From Actinomycetes bacterium (GTDB taxonomy: Bacteria; Actinomycetota; Acidimicrobiia; Acidimicrobiales; Aldehydirespiratoraceae): a stretch of 64,000 bases of DNA. The first letter of the stretch is position 1. Every line of letters starts with the position of its first letter. The notes below the pieces were generated by a model. It did no database searches and was not told the origin of the DNA. It was given only the letters and a program-made list of their open reading frames with translations. The translations under genes were made by a program, and so were the position numbers. Positions 8,681-18,900 of the stretch are shown piece by piece. The stretch is taken from positions 7 to 64,006 of the forward strand of contig JAJRXJ010000177.1 of NCBI GenBank assembly GCA_024276355.1, read 5' to 3'.

Positions 8681-9411
8681 CCTGTGGGCGACTCTGTGGA
8701 AAACAAGCTGTCGCCTGGGGATCGGCGGTGGTTTTCCCAGGAATGCCTGGGGATTTCGGCATATCCTCTTGACGGCCGTGGGGATCACCGCGAGGATGCC
8801 CTTGTCGAAGCGAGAGCAGCAATTCCGAGGCTCCGATCCGGTCAGGAAGGCGAAAGCCCGACGGGCCGGTGAAGACCGAAGGAGAGCGGTTCGAACGGAG
8901 ACACGGCTTAGTCAGGCTGACAATCTTCGGAGCGTCAGCGGGTCGATCGGAGATACGGCGAGGCATCGCCAATCCGACCGGAGCCGGCTCTCACGAGGGG
9001 CCGTCCGGGAGGTGCGGAGAGGTCTCACCGTCCGAGGAACCACCTGATCGCCGGTTGAGTCCCACACGGGGGCGATGCCGGTCCAGGTGAATCATTTCCC
9101 GGGCGGCACGTATCGGGTCACCGTGAGTCGAGTCATCGCCGCCGGGTGGTGAATCGGTTCGGGGTTGGCTCGGTGTTGACGGACATCGATGATCGGTTCA
9201 GGCGAGAATCGGAGAGGACGCAATCCGGTTCGAGTCAGGGTTTCATCCTCGTACGGGGGTGGCCACGAGTGCCGAAAGATCCGTCGGGATCCTTTGGCCA
9301 GGCGATCTGAGTCGATTCGAAGCCCCGAGGAGTTGACCGGTGCGAGCCGGGAGGCTAATCGGGGCTTCGTCGCGTCTGCGCCCGGATTACCTCCCCACGG
9401 TCCCACCCGGC

Positions 9412-9612
9412 CTAGTCGTCCTTGAGCGCCACCGCGTTGGCGGTCACGTTCACCTTCGGGACGTACTCGGCCGCGTCGACTTGCCGCTTCTCTCCCCCGA
9501 GCGTGTCGCGCAGCTGGGTGCGACACGCTCCACACGGGCCGTAGAAATCGTCGGTGCTGGCCGATCCGCAGCGCGGACAGGTGAACTCGATTGGGTCGAT
9601 CGTGTGGGTCAC
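9412..9612 (-). CDS. small zinc-ribbon protein, hypothetical
   Basis: The 66-aa ORF carries a CPRC...x14...CGAC four-Cys pattern. It has a GTG start and no good SD spacing. Confidence 0.45.
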   Translation of the reverse strand: MTHTIDPIEFTCPRCGSASTDDFYGPCGACRTQLRDTLGGEKRQVDAAEYVPKVNVTANAVALKDD

Positions 9613-9696
9613 TCCCCCATTCTGTCACGCCCGGACATCGTTGATCGCGACGCCGGCGCCCGAAGATAGGCTCCGCCACCTTACGGAGGCTGGTCA

Positions 9697-11151
9697 ATGT
9701 CAGATGTGTCGAGAATCGATGATTCAGAGGCTCCGATCGTCATAATCGGCGCCGGACCGGCTGGACTCACCGCCGCGTACCAACTCGGCAAGCACGACCG
9801 TCGCCCGCTCGTGATCGAAGCCGACGACGTGGTGGGAGGCATCTCTCGTACTGTCGTCCGGGACGGTTGGCGATTCGACATCGGTGGTCACCGATTCTTC
9901 ACCAAGGTCCCTCCGGTATCGGATCTCTGGCACGAGGTCCTTCCCGATGAGGACTTTCTCACCCGTCCGAGGATGAGTCGGATCTTCTACAACGGCAAGT
10001 TCTACGATTATCCCCTTAAACCCACCAACGCACTGCGGAACCTCGGGCTCATCGAGTCGATCCGTTGCGTCATGTCATACATGTGGGTGAGGGTTCGGCC
10101 GCCCAAGGACCAGTCCACCTTCGAGGGCTACACCGCGGCCCGGGTCGGGTGGCGGCTCTACCGCATCTTCTTCAAGACATACACCGAGAAGGTGTGGGGT
10201 GTCCCAGCCGACCAGATTCAGGCCGACTGGGCCGCACAACGAATCAAGAACCTCAACCTCTTCAGCGCCGTCTGGAACGCGCTCATGCCGAAACGAAACC
10301 AGAAGGACATTGCCAGCCTCATCGAGGAGTTCGAGTACCCACGCCACGGTCCGGGAATGATGTGGGAACGCTGCTCAGAGCTGGTCCAGGCCCAGGGTGG
10401 GCGAATCCTCATGAACAATCGTGTTGTGGGAATCGAACACGAAGGTGGGCGGGCGAAGGTGGTGATTACCGAGTCCGATCAAGGCACCAGGCGCATCGAC
10501 TGTTCGCAACTCGTGTCGTCCATGCCGATACCTCGCCTGGTCCAAGCCATGATCCCCTCCCCGCCGGAGGAGGTTCTCACCGCGGCCAAGGGCCTGTCCT
10601 TCCGCGATTTCCTCACGGTCGCCCTGGTTGTTCCGGAGGATGAGGCCTTTCCCGACAATTGGATCTATGTCCACTCGGCGGATGTGAAGCTCGGGCGGAT
10701 CCAGAACTTCGGGGCGTGGTCCCCGGAGATGATTCCGGAGAGGTCGATGACCTGCCTCGGACTCGAGTATTTCGTTACCGAGGGCGATGATCTCTGGACC
10801 GCAGACGACGTCGACTTGATTCAGCTGGGCATTCGCGAGCTCAAAACCCTCGGGTTGTTGGACCCGTCCCACATCGGTGAGGGCTACGTGGTGAGGATGC
10901 CCAAGGCCTACCCCATGTACGATTCGTGCTACAAGGAGAACGTCGACATCCTCCGTGGATGGTTGTCGCAGAACGCAACCAATGTCCACCCGATCGGCCG
11001 AAACGGTATGCACCGCTACAACAACCAGGATCACTCGATGTACACGGCCATGCTCACTGTCGACAACATGGTGAGCGGAACCAGCCACGATGTCTGGCAG
11101 GTAAACGTCGACGCCGAGTACCACGAAGAGCTGTCCAGGTCGGAATTGTGA
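9697..11151 (+). CDS. NAD(P)/FAD-dependent oxidoreductase (amine-oxidase / UDP-galactopyranose-mutase-like fold)
   Basis: The N-terminal Rossmann motif is 'IVIIGAGPAGLTAAYQL...VIEADDVVGGISRT'. GGAGG lies upstream of ATG 9697. The gene is coupled by a 4-nt overlap to the GT2 gene downstream. Confidence 0.8.
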   Translation: MSDVSRIDDSEAPIVIIGAGPAGLTAAYQLGKHDRRPLVIEADDVVGGISRTVVRDGWRFDIGGHRFFTKVPPVSDLWHEVLPDEDFLTRPRMSRIFYNGKFYDYPLKPTNALRNLGLIESIRCVMSYMWVRVRPPKDQSTFEGYTAARVGWRLYRIFFKTYTEKVWGVPADQIQADWAAQRIKNLNLFSAVWNALMPKRNQKDIASLIEEFEYPRHGPGMMWERCSELVQAQGGRILMNNRVVGIEHEGGRAKVVITESDQGTRRIDCSQLVSSMPIPRLVQAMIPSPPEEVLTAAKGLSFRDFLTVALVVPEDEAFPDNWIYVHSADVKLGRIQNFGAWSPEMIPERSMTCLGLEYFVTEGDDLWTADDVDLIQLGIRELKTLGLLDPSHIGEGYVVRMPKAYPMYDSCYKENVDILRGWLSQNATNVHPIGRNGMHRYNNQDHSMYTAMLTVDNMVSGTSHDVWQVNVDAEYHEELSRSEL

Positions 11152-11882
11152 ATTCGGTTGCGGTCATCCCCACCATTGTGGTGATACCCGCATTCAACGA
11201 GAGCGCGACAATCCCCGCGGTGCTGCACAGCCTCCGCGCGGTTGTCCCGGAGCTCGACCTCGTAGTTGTCGACGACGGATCCACCGATGGCACATCCGAC
11301 GTGGTCAGGGAGCTCGGTGTGCGCTGCCTGACCCTTCCGTTCAACCTGGGCATCGGAGGTGCTCTTCGCACGGGCTACCGGTACGCGGCCGAATCCGGGT
11401 ACCAACGGGCCGTGCAATTCGACGCCGATGGCCAACACCGGGCCGACCAGATCGGGTTGCTCATCGAGGCACTCGATTCCGGTGCTGCCCTGGCAGTTGG
11501 CACCAGATTCGCAGGGAAAGGCGGCTACGAGGTCGGGTTCGGCCGACGGATGGCCATGCGCTCGCTCCGCCTCGGAGTGAGAATGCTGTGTGGGCGCTGG
11601 TTCAGCGACACCTCTTCCGGATTCCGAGCCGTCAACCGAGAACTGCTCGAGGTCTTCGCCACCGAATATCCCGTCGATTACATGGACTCGGTCGAGACCC
11701 TCGTCGCGGCCAGCAGAGCCGGTTACCGAATAGTCGAGGTCCCCGTGTCCATGGAAGAACGGTCGGGCGGCGTACCCTCGCAGCGCCCGCTGAGGCTGCT
11801 CTACCACTACGCCCGCCTGGTGGTGGCTCTGGTTGGCTCATCGAGACACGCGTTCCCACCGGCCGGCCGACAACGGGGCTGA
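11148..11882 (+). CDS. family 2 glycosyltransferase (polyprenol-phosphate sugar synthase-like)
   Basis: GTG 11148 overlaps the upstream TGA (GTGA). 'IVVIPAFNESATIPAVLHSL...LVVVDDGSTDGT' is the GT2 DxD-type N-terminus, and 'QFDADGQH' is also present. Confidence 0.8.
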   Translation: MNSVAVIPTIVVIPAFNESATIPAVLHSLRAVVPELDLVVVDDGSTDGTSDVVRELGVRCLTLPFNLGIGGALRTGYRYAAESGYQRAVQFDADGQHRADQIGLLIEALDSGAALAVGTRFAGKGGYEVGFGRRMAMRSLRLGVRMLCGRWFSDTSSGFRAVNRELLEVFATEYPVDYMDSVETLVAASRAGYRIVEVPVSMEERSGGVPSQRPLRLLYHYARLVVALVGSSRHAFPPAGRQRG

Positions 11883-11989
11883 TCCCCTGGGTCGCGTCCG
11901 CTCCGTCACATGGGCCGATCGTCTCAAGTTGGCGGGTCGAAGTGCCGATTGAGCACCACTGGCCGACCATCTCGAGGGGGTCGACGACT

Positions 11990-13705
11990 GTGCTCCGTCG
12001 TGACCACGACACTTCCCCAATCACATTGGACCAAGAACTCGACTCGCAGCACCGCGCCGGAGTTGATCTTGCTTGGTTGGTGGTCGCCAGCGTCTCGCTC
12101 GTCGCGGCGGCGATCTGGCTGTCGGTGCCAGATCGTGTTCTCTCGTCGATCGACGGCTCGGGCCAGCTGAACTTCAATGGCCTCATCGCCCTGATCGTGG
12201 TCGTACCCGTGGCCGCCACCGTCTTCGCCACACGGCGCTACCGGGATGCCGTCGGGGCGCAGCGCGAGTTGGCCCACCTGTCGGATCACGACGCCCTCAC
12301 CCGTCTTCCAAATCGGCGAAACCTGAATCTCGCACTGCCTCGCGCGCTCGCCCACTCTGGTCGGATCAATTCGAAGACCGGCGTCCTGTTTGTTGATCTC
12401 GACGGGTTCAAGGCTGTGAACGACACCTACGGCCACGAGGTGGGCGACCAGTTGATGATTGCGGTTGCCGCCAGACTCCGGGGACTGTGTGGTGACATGC
12501 GTTGGGTGGCCCGCTTCGGTGGCGATGAATTCGTGATCATCGACGCATTGCCGGCCTCCCAGCAGTCGTGCGTCCGGTTTGCGGAGTCGGTGGTGACCAG
12601 CCTGTCCGAGCCGTTCAGCATCGGTGAGGATCGAATATCCATTTCAGCCAGTATCGGCGTGGCCTTCGGCGGCCTCGGTGACAGTCCCGAGTCCCTGGTG
12701 AAGGATGCCGATCTCGCCATGTACGACGCCAAGGACGGCGAGACGAGGGTGTCGGTGTTCAGACCGGAGATGAGGGTTTCGCTGACACCCGCGACGGTGG
12801 CATCCCGTCTGGAACGGGCCCTGTCGAATGGCGAGTTTCGACTCATGTACCAGCCCATGGTGGTTCTCGACTCCGGTGCCGTGGTCGGGGTGGAGGCGCT
12901 GCTCAGATGGGATGATCCCGACCGGGGGGTGGTCGACGCCGTCGAGTTCATGCCGGCGCTGGAGGCAACCGGCCTGATTGTTCCCGTCGGCCGATGGGTG
13001 ATGAGCGAGGTCTGTGCCAGCGCCATGCGGTGGGCGGAGATGATGCCCCCGGGTGTTCCGGCGTTGAGGGTCTCGATGAACGTGTCGCCGCGGGAATTGT
13101 CGCAGAGCGACTTCGTCGATGAGTTGAGGGCGGCCCTCGACCTCAGCGGTGTCGACCCCAGAACGATCTACCTCGAGGCCAACGAAACGTCCCTCACATC
13201 CGACTCACGGAAGGCGTGGACCTCTCTCACCGGCGCTCGAAAACTTGGCGTCGGGCTGGCCATCGACGACTTCGGCCGGGGCTTTCTGTCGTTGGGCCAT
13301 CTCCGGAACTTCGACTTCAGTCTCGTGAAGCTCGACGGCCCCTTCGCGGCGATGATCTCGCGGGACGGGCCGGAGTCGGTGATGCTTAGGAAGGTCATCG
13401 ATCTCGCCGGAGAACTGGGCATACCCGTTCTTGCCGAGGGACTCAATGACGAGTTGCTCCTCGGCCGGCTCAGAGAAGCCGGATGTCAGCTCGGTCAGGG
13501 GTTTGTCATATCCGACCCGCTCAACTCCGACACGGTGGACCACTTGATCGAAGCCGGTTTGGCGGGGGTGTCCCTACCAAAGGTCGGCACACGCGACGCG
13601 GGCCATGTTTCGTCAGTCGGCGGAGCCGCTGAGGTCGACTCTGCGACCGTGGTGTTGCCAACGCTCAGACGAACGATGGTGGCCGAGCAAGAAGCTGCCA
13701 TCTGA
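11990..13705 (+). CDS. membrane-anchored diguanylate cyclase/phosphodiesterase (GGDEF-EAL)
   Basis: Two N-terminal TM helices are followed by 'DALTRLPNRR', 'FVDLDGFKAVNDTYGHEVGD' and 'RFGGDEFVII' (intact GGDEF). Then come 'GVEALLRW', 'DDFGRGFLSL', 'LKLD' and 'EGLNDE' (intact EAL). The start is approximate (in-frame GTG at 11990). Confidence 0.85.
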   Translation: MLRRDHDTSPITLDQELDSQHRAGVDLAWLVVASVSLVAAAIWLSVPDRVLSSIDGSGQLNFNGLIALIVVVPVAATVFATRRYRDAVGAQRELAHLSDHDALTRLPNRRNLNLALPRALAHSGRINSKTGVLFVDLDGFKAVNDTYGHEVGDQLMIAVAARLRGLCGDMRWVARFGGDEFVIIDALPASQQSCVRFAESVVTSLSEPFSIGEDRISISASIGVAFGGLGDSPESLVKDADLAMYDAKDGETRVSVFRPEMRVSLTPATVASRLERALSNGEFRLMYQPMVVLDSGAVVGVEALLRWDDPDRGVVDAVEFMPALEATGLIVPVGRWVMSEVCASAMRWAEMMPPGVPALRVSMNVSPRELSQSDFVDELRAALDLSGVDPRTIYLEANETSLTSDSRKAWTSLTGARKLGVGLAIDDFGRGFLSLGHLRNFDFSLVKLDGPFAAMISRDGPESVMLRKVIDLAGELGIPVLAEGLNDELLLGRLREAGCQLGQGFVISDPLNSDTVDHLIEAGLAGVSLPKVGTRDAGHVSSVGGAAEVDSATVVLPTLRRTMVAEQEAAI

Positions 13706-13710
13706 GTCGA

Positions 13711-14631
13711 CTAGGACCCATCAGCTCGGATCATGCTCGATGGCGGCGGTCCGAAGTGTCGAGACATGAAGTGGTGTATGGCCGTGAGCCGCGCCCTCGG
13801 TGACCAGTGAAGGCCGCGTCTGTGGGGCTTGAGGACGCCGATGGGAATCTCCACCAGCGCGATTGTGGCCCGGACGATCACATTCCAACGGCCGTAGTGT
13901 TCCCGCAGCATCAACAGGGTGTTGCGTAGTTGCAGATAGGCCACCATCTCTACCGAGGAGCTCATACCCGGGTTGTCGACGATGGCACCCCGGACCACCC
14001 CGCACCCCCACCCGAACTCCGCCGCTCTGAGGCCCAGGTCGGCCTCTTCGCAGTAGGCGAAATAGCGCTCGTCGAACAAACCGATCTCAAGAAGGCAGTC
14101 GCGTCGGGCCATCATCAGGGTTCCATGGGGATAGTCGGATCTGTCGAATCCAACCTCGGAGTCCGGGTGGGCGTCGATTGACCCGAGGAAAGGATCGATC
14201 ACCGGGCGAAATCCGTCTCCGACGTCGGCGCTGACGAGCCCCACCCCGGGGTTGGTCGGCATCTCATCCAGGATCTTCGAGATCGTGTCGACGGCCGGAC
14301 GGGCATCGTGGGGAGTGACGGCTACCCATGGCGTGTCGAGCTGTCGGAGCCAGCGTCGCAGGCCGACGTTGGCGCCGGGCCCGAATCCCAGATTGGCACC
14401 GGTGCGGATGACCTCGACCGATGGAGGAAGCCTCTGCAGGGCGCCGGCGGCCGCCGGGCCGGACCCATTGTCGATGACGATGACCCCATCGGTGTCGGCT
14501 TGGGCCATGTACGCAGCGACGGTCGACGGGAGCGAATCGGGCCGATTCCGGTGGACCACCACCACGGTCACTCTTCTGTCGAGTACGGAGGTCGGTGGTT
14601 GCTGGGCTGTCGGCGTGGACGCGGCATTCAT
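13711..14631 (-). CDS. family 2 glycosyltransferase
   Basis: 'VTVVVVHRNRPDSLPSTV...VIVIDNGS' and 'NLGFGPGANVG' match rhamnosyl/galactosyl-type GT2 motifs, and 'YCEEADLGLR' is also present. The start is ATG 14631. Confidence 0.8.
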   Translation of the reverse strand: MNAASTPTAQQPPTSVLDRRVTVVVVHRNRPDSLPSTVAAYMAQADTDGVIVIDNGSGPAAAGALQRLPPSVEVIRTGANLGFGPGANVGLRRWLRQLDTPWVAVTPHDARPAVDTISKILDEMPTNPGVGLVSADVGDGFRPVIDPFLGSIDAHPDSEVGFDRSDYPHGTLMMARRDCLLEIGLFDERYFAYCEEADLGLRAAEFGWGCGVVRGAIVDNPGMSSSVEMVAYLQLRNTLLMLREHYGRWNVIVRATIALVEIPIGVLKPHRRGLHWSPRARLTAIHHFMSRHFGPPPSSMIRADGS

Positions 14632-14773
14632 GTCGGGCGCATCCTCGCCCGGATGACCGCAGCCTGCAACCCGGCGGGCACGAGAGCGTGGCAATCAGCG
14701 GGATAGCCTTGGCCCGTCGCGCCCGTCGGTGATCCCTGATCGGGTCAACACCACGAACCCTGGGAAACCGCCC

Positions 14774-15946
14774 ATGTCAGACAACTCCCGAGAAACGACC
14801 GTTGGCAAGATAGGTGACCTCGCGGCCGAGGCCGGGCTTCGACGAATCCACATTCTCGCCTGGCGGGACCTCGCCGACGTGGAGGCCGGCGGATCAGAGG
14901 TTCACGCCTCGAAGATCGCGGCACTGTGGGCCCGGGCCGGCATCGAGGTGAGCATGCGCACCTCCTACGCGCAGGGATCTCTTCCCGAGTCGGTGCGTGA
15001 CGGCTACCGCGTGGTTCGCAAGGCCGGCAGGTATCTCGTGTTTCCACGGGCAGTGGCATCCGAGATATCGGGGCGGAGCGGCAAACGTGATGGCTTGGTG
15101 GAGATATGGAACGGCGTGCCGTTCTTCTCTCCGATCTGGGCCAGGGGCCCGCGGGTCACCTGGCTCCATCACGTTCATGAGGCCATGTGGCCGATGGTCC
15201 TGCCCCCGAAGCTGGCGCGTGCGGGCCAGATCCTCGAGAGGCACATCGCTCCCCCGTTCTACCGTTCCACGAAGGTCATAACCCTTTCGGAGTCGTCGCG
15301 GGCCACAATCATCGACCGAATGGGGTTACGGGCCACGAATATCAGCGTCGTCCCGCCGGGAATTGACCCCATGTTCGAGCCGGGCGGAGAGAAGTCAGCG
15401 ACTCCCAAGATCGTGGCCGTCGGGCGACTGATGCCATCCAAGTCCTTCGACACCCTGATCGACGCGGTTCGGCGAGTGCGCGACAAGGTTCCGGCCACCC
15501 TGGTGATAGTGGGTGAGGGCTACGAACGAGAGGCCCTCGAACGGCGGGTGCGTGAACTCGACGCCGAGGAATGGTGCGAGCTTCCAGGGCGGATCAGCGC
15601 TTCCGACCTGGTCGATCACTACCGGTCGGCATGGGTGCTCGCGAGCGCCTCTCAGAGCGAGGGCTGGGGCATGACCATCACCGAGGCCGCGGCCTGTGGG
15701 ACTCCCGCGGTTGCCACCAGAATCGCAGGCCACGTCGATGCCATCGACGACGGTGTCACAGGAATGCTGGTGTACGGCGGGTCTGAACTGGCTGATGCGC
15801 TGACCCGGGTTCTGGACGACATCGATCTTCGGTCGCGAATGGCCGACGCGGCGACGCGGCGGGCCCGGACATTCACTTGGGAACGCACCGCCCACGACAC
15901 ACTTTCGGTGTTGGCCCAAGAGGCGATCCGGCATCGGCGTCGGTGA
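14774..15946 (+). CDS. GT-B glycosyltransferase (GT4-like)
   Basis: 'GGSEVHA' sits near the N-terminus. The C-terminal block 'ASQSEGWGMTITEAAACGTPAVATRIAGHVDAIDDGVTG' matches the E-x7-E GT4 signature region. Confidence 0.85.
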   Translation: MSDNSRETTVGKIGDLAAEAGLRRIHILAWRDLADVEAGGSEVHASKIAALWARAGIEVSMRTSYAQGSLPESVRDGYRVVRKAGRYLVFPRAVASEISGRSGKRDGLVEIWNGVPFFSPIWARGPRVTWLHHVHEAMWPMVLPPKLARAGQILERHIAPPFYRSTKVITLSESSRATIIDRMGLRATNISVVPPGIDPMFEPGGEKSATPKIVAVGRLMPSKSFDTLIDAVRRVRDKVPATLVIVGEGYEREALERRVRELDAEEWCELPGRISASDLVDHYRSAWVLASASQSEGWGMTITEAAACGTPAVATRIAGHVDAIDDGVTGMLVYGGSELADALTRVLDDIDLRSRMADAATRRARTFTWERTAHDTLSVLAQEAIRHRRR

Positions 15947-15947
15947 T

Positions 15948-18900
15948 TTGAGGCCCGGGGTCAGAGCGCTGAGAGGCGTCACATCCGTTGAGAACCGTCC
16001 CCGGATGGTCGTGGTCATCGCCGCGCTGATCGCATTCCTACCGATAGTCGCGTCGAGCCCGGGGCGGGTCGGCGCCGACACCAAGACATACCTGTACCTC
16101 GATCCCGCGAAGTGGATGTCCAGGTCGATATCGCTCTGGGACAGTGACGTCGCCCTCGGAACCGTCACCCACCAGACCATCGGCTACCTGTGGCCGATGG
16201 GCCCGTTCTACTGGGTGCTCGACCAGTTGGGCAGCCCGGACTGGCTTGCCCAGCGGCTGTGGTTGGCGACCATTCTCTTCATGGCCGGCCTCGGGGTGAA
16301 GTTCCTGCTTGACACACTGGAGTGGCAGGGGCCGGGCCTGCTGGTGGCGATGCTTGCGTACGAGCTCAGTCCCTACCTCCTCGACTATTCAGCCCGAATC
16401 TCGGTGATCCTGTTGCCGTTTGCCGGCCTGCCGTGGTTGATAGCGCTGACCATCCGGTCGGCTCGCACGGGCGGGTGGCGGCACCCGGCACTGTTCGCTT
16501 TGGTTGCCGTCACCATAGGGAGCGTCAACGCCACATCACTGCTTCTCGTGGGTATGGCACCGTTCCTTTGGCTGGTCCACGTCACCTTCGTGGAACGGAC
16601 CGTCCCGCTGGCACAGTCAGCGAGGGCGGCCCTTCGAATCGGCGTGATGAGCGTGGGCGTGTCTCTTTGGTGGATGGCCGGGTTGGTGCTCCAGGGCGGT
16701 TACAGCCTGCCGGTCACCCGGTACACCGAGACCTATCGCGTGGTGGCTGAGGCTTCGACGGCTCCGGAGATCTTGAGGGGATTGGGATACTGGTTCTTCT
16801 ACGGAAACGACCAGTACGGCCCCTGGATCAAGCCCAGCGTCGACTACACCCAGGGGGTGTGGCTGCTCTTCGTCAGTTTCGGCCTGGTGGTCCTCGCCTT
16901 GCTGGCCGCAGCGCTGGTTCGGTGGCGACATCGTTCGTATTTCCTCCTCCTTCTGGTTGTCGGGTCGCTGGTGGGTGTCGGGGCCCACCCGTTTCATTCT
17001 CCATCGTTTCTCGGCCGAGTCTTCAGCGATTTCACGCGAACCGATGCCGGATTGGCGCTGAGGTCCACCCCTCGTGCCGTTCCACTGGTGGTCTTGTCGA
17101 CGGCGGTGTTGCTCGGCTCACTTCTCAACGCCATTCATCGCCGGTGGCCCGGTTGGGCGCGGCCGTTTGGTGCGTTGGTGCTGGCTGCGGTGGTCCTCAA
17201 CAACCCGGCGATGTGGAAGGTTCGGATGATCGAGGAGCATCTGAATCGACCTGAGAACATCCCCGAGTACTGGCTACAGGCCATCGACCGGTTGGATCAG
17301 CTTCCCCACAGCAGCCGAGTTCTCGAAGTTCCGGGCTCGGACTTTGCGTCGTACAGGTGGGGAAACACCGTCGACCCGATCACTCCGGGACTGATGGATC
17401 GCCCCTACGTGGCCCGTGAGCTGGTCCCGTTCGGCTCGGCCCAGTCGGCGGCCCTGCTGACCGCCTTCGATCGTCGGTTCCAGGAGAATTCCCTCGACCC
17501 ACGATCCGTGGTGCCGATCACCCGCCTGATGTCCGTCGGCGATGTGGTCCACCGGGCGGATCTGACATTCGAGCGGTTCCGTACCCCCAGGCCGGTGCCG
17601 ACCGGCGCCTTGTTGAACGGCGTCCCGGGATTGGACCCACCCGAGACATTTGGTGAGCCTGTTCCCAACACCCCCATCCCCGAATTGCCGATGCTCGACG
17701 AGGTATTCCTCGGAACGGATCCGTCCACCCCTGATCCCTCACCGGTCACCCGCTACGGGGTACCGGATCCTCTCCCGATCGTGCGGACCGGGTCGACGCA
17801 ATCCCCGGTGATCATCGTCGGTGATGCCGAGGGGCTGGTTGATGCCGCCGGAGCAGGTCTCATCGACCCGGATCGGCCGGTGTTCTATGCCGCGGATCTC
17901 CTGCCGAACGAGGCCGCATACGACCTCGCGCTGGCCGAACCCGCCTCGATCGTGATCACCGACAGCAATCGGAAGCGGGCGAGGCGGTGGGGAACCCTGA
18001 GAGAGAACGTCGGCTACACCGAGCGGTCCGGGGAAACCCCGCTCACCTTCGATCCCACCGACAATCGGCTCGACAAGTTCCCTGATCTGGCATCGGTGGA
18101 AGGTCTTGACATCGACGACACCAAGACCGTCAGTGTCCATGTCGGCGAGATGACCGCTTCGGCGTCGGCCTACGGAAATCCGGTCACCTACACCAACGAC
18201 GACCGGGCCGTGTTCGCGGTCGACGGTGACCCCACCACCGCATGGGTGGTCGCGGCCTTCGCCGAGCCGAGAGGCGAATTCCTGCGTCTCTCCTATCCCG
18301 TTTCCAAATCCATCGATCAGATCACACTTACCCAGACGCTTGCCGACACGAACCGGCACGTCACGGAAGTGGCCGTTGTGGCCGACGGTCAGGAGGTAGG
18401 GCGGTATCGACTCACGGCCGAGTCGCGTGAGCCCGCCGGGCAGACGCTCCACCTGCCCGCCACGACGTCCGCGTCGAACTGGGACATCGTCGTCACCGAT
18501 ACCGACCTCTCGCGCCGGGCCACCTACCCGGGAGTCTCGCCGGTCGGTTTTGCCGAGGTCCGAATGGGCCGGGACCCCGCCCCGGTCATCGAGCAGATTC
18601 GTACGCCAGTCGCCTTCATCGGTTCCCTCGGCGCCGATCTCCAACGCCACGACCTCTCGGTGGTGTTGACACGCGAGCGATCCGACCCGGCCGAGCCGGT
18701 CAGATCCGACCCGGAGAGGTCGATGCTTCGGGTCGTTCCGATCCCGGAAACGCGTACCTTCACCGTCGAGGGGTCAGCGCGACTCTCCGCCTACGCATCC
18801 GAGCAGACAATCGACTCTCTCCTCGGAAGGTCGTCCGACCACAACGGCGTACTCCTGCAAGCGTGGTCCTCCGGTCGACTTCCCGGCGATCTCGGAAGCG

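Noticed and set aside
8681-9411. RNase P RNA, tmRNA, SRP RNA or tRNA in the long convergent gap
   Set aside because: I looked on both strands for the diagnostic strings. These were GAGGAAAGUCCGG and ACAGAA-CCGGCUUA for RNase P, GGGG...UUCGAC at the 5' end and a T-arm plus CCACCA at the 3' end for tmRNA, and GUCAGGUCCGGAAGGAAGCAGC for SRP. I found only partial look-alikes, such as 'ggtcaggaaggcgaaagcc', 'acggagacacggcttag' and 'ccggttcgagtcagg', whose flanks cannot form the required helices or are wrongly spaced. The region is kept as an unassigned-RNA finding, not as a feature.
8649-9697. ORFs 8649-9047 (+), 8869-9090 (+), 9189-9425 (+) and 9092-9697 (-) inside the gap
   Set aside because: All are Arg/Gly/Pro/Ser-rich with no SD and no domain-like segments, and they mutually overlap. 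They are most likely non-coding.
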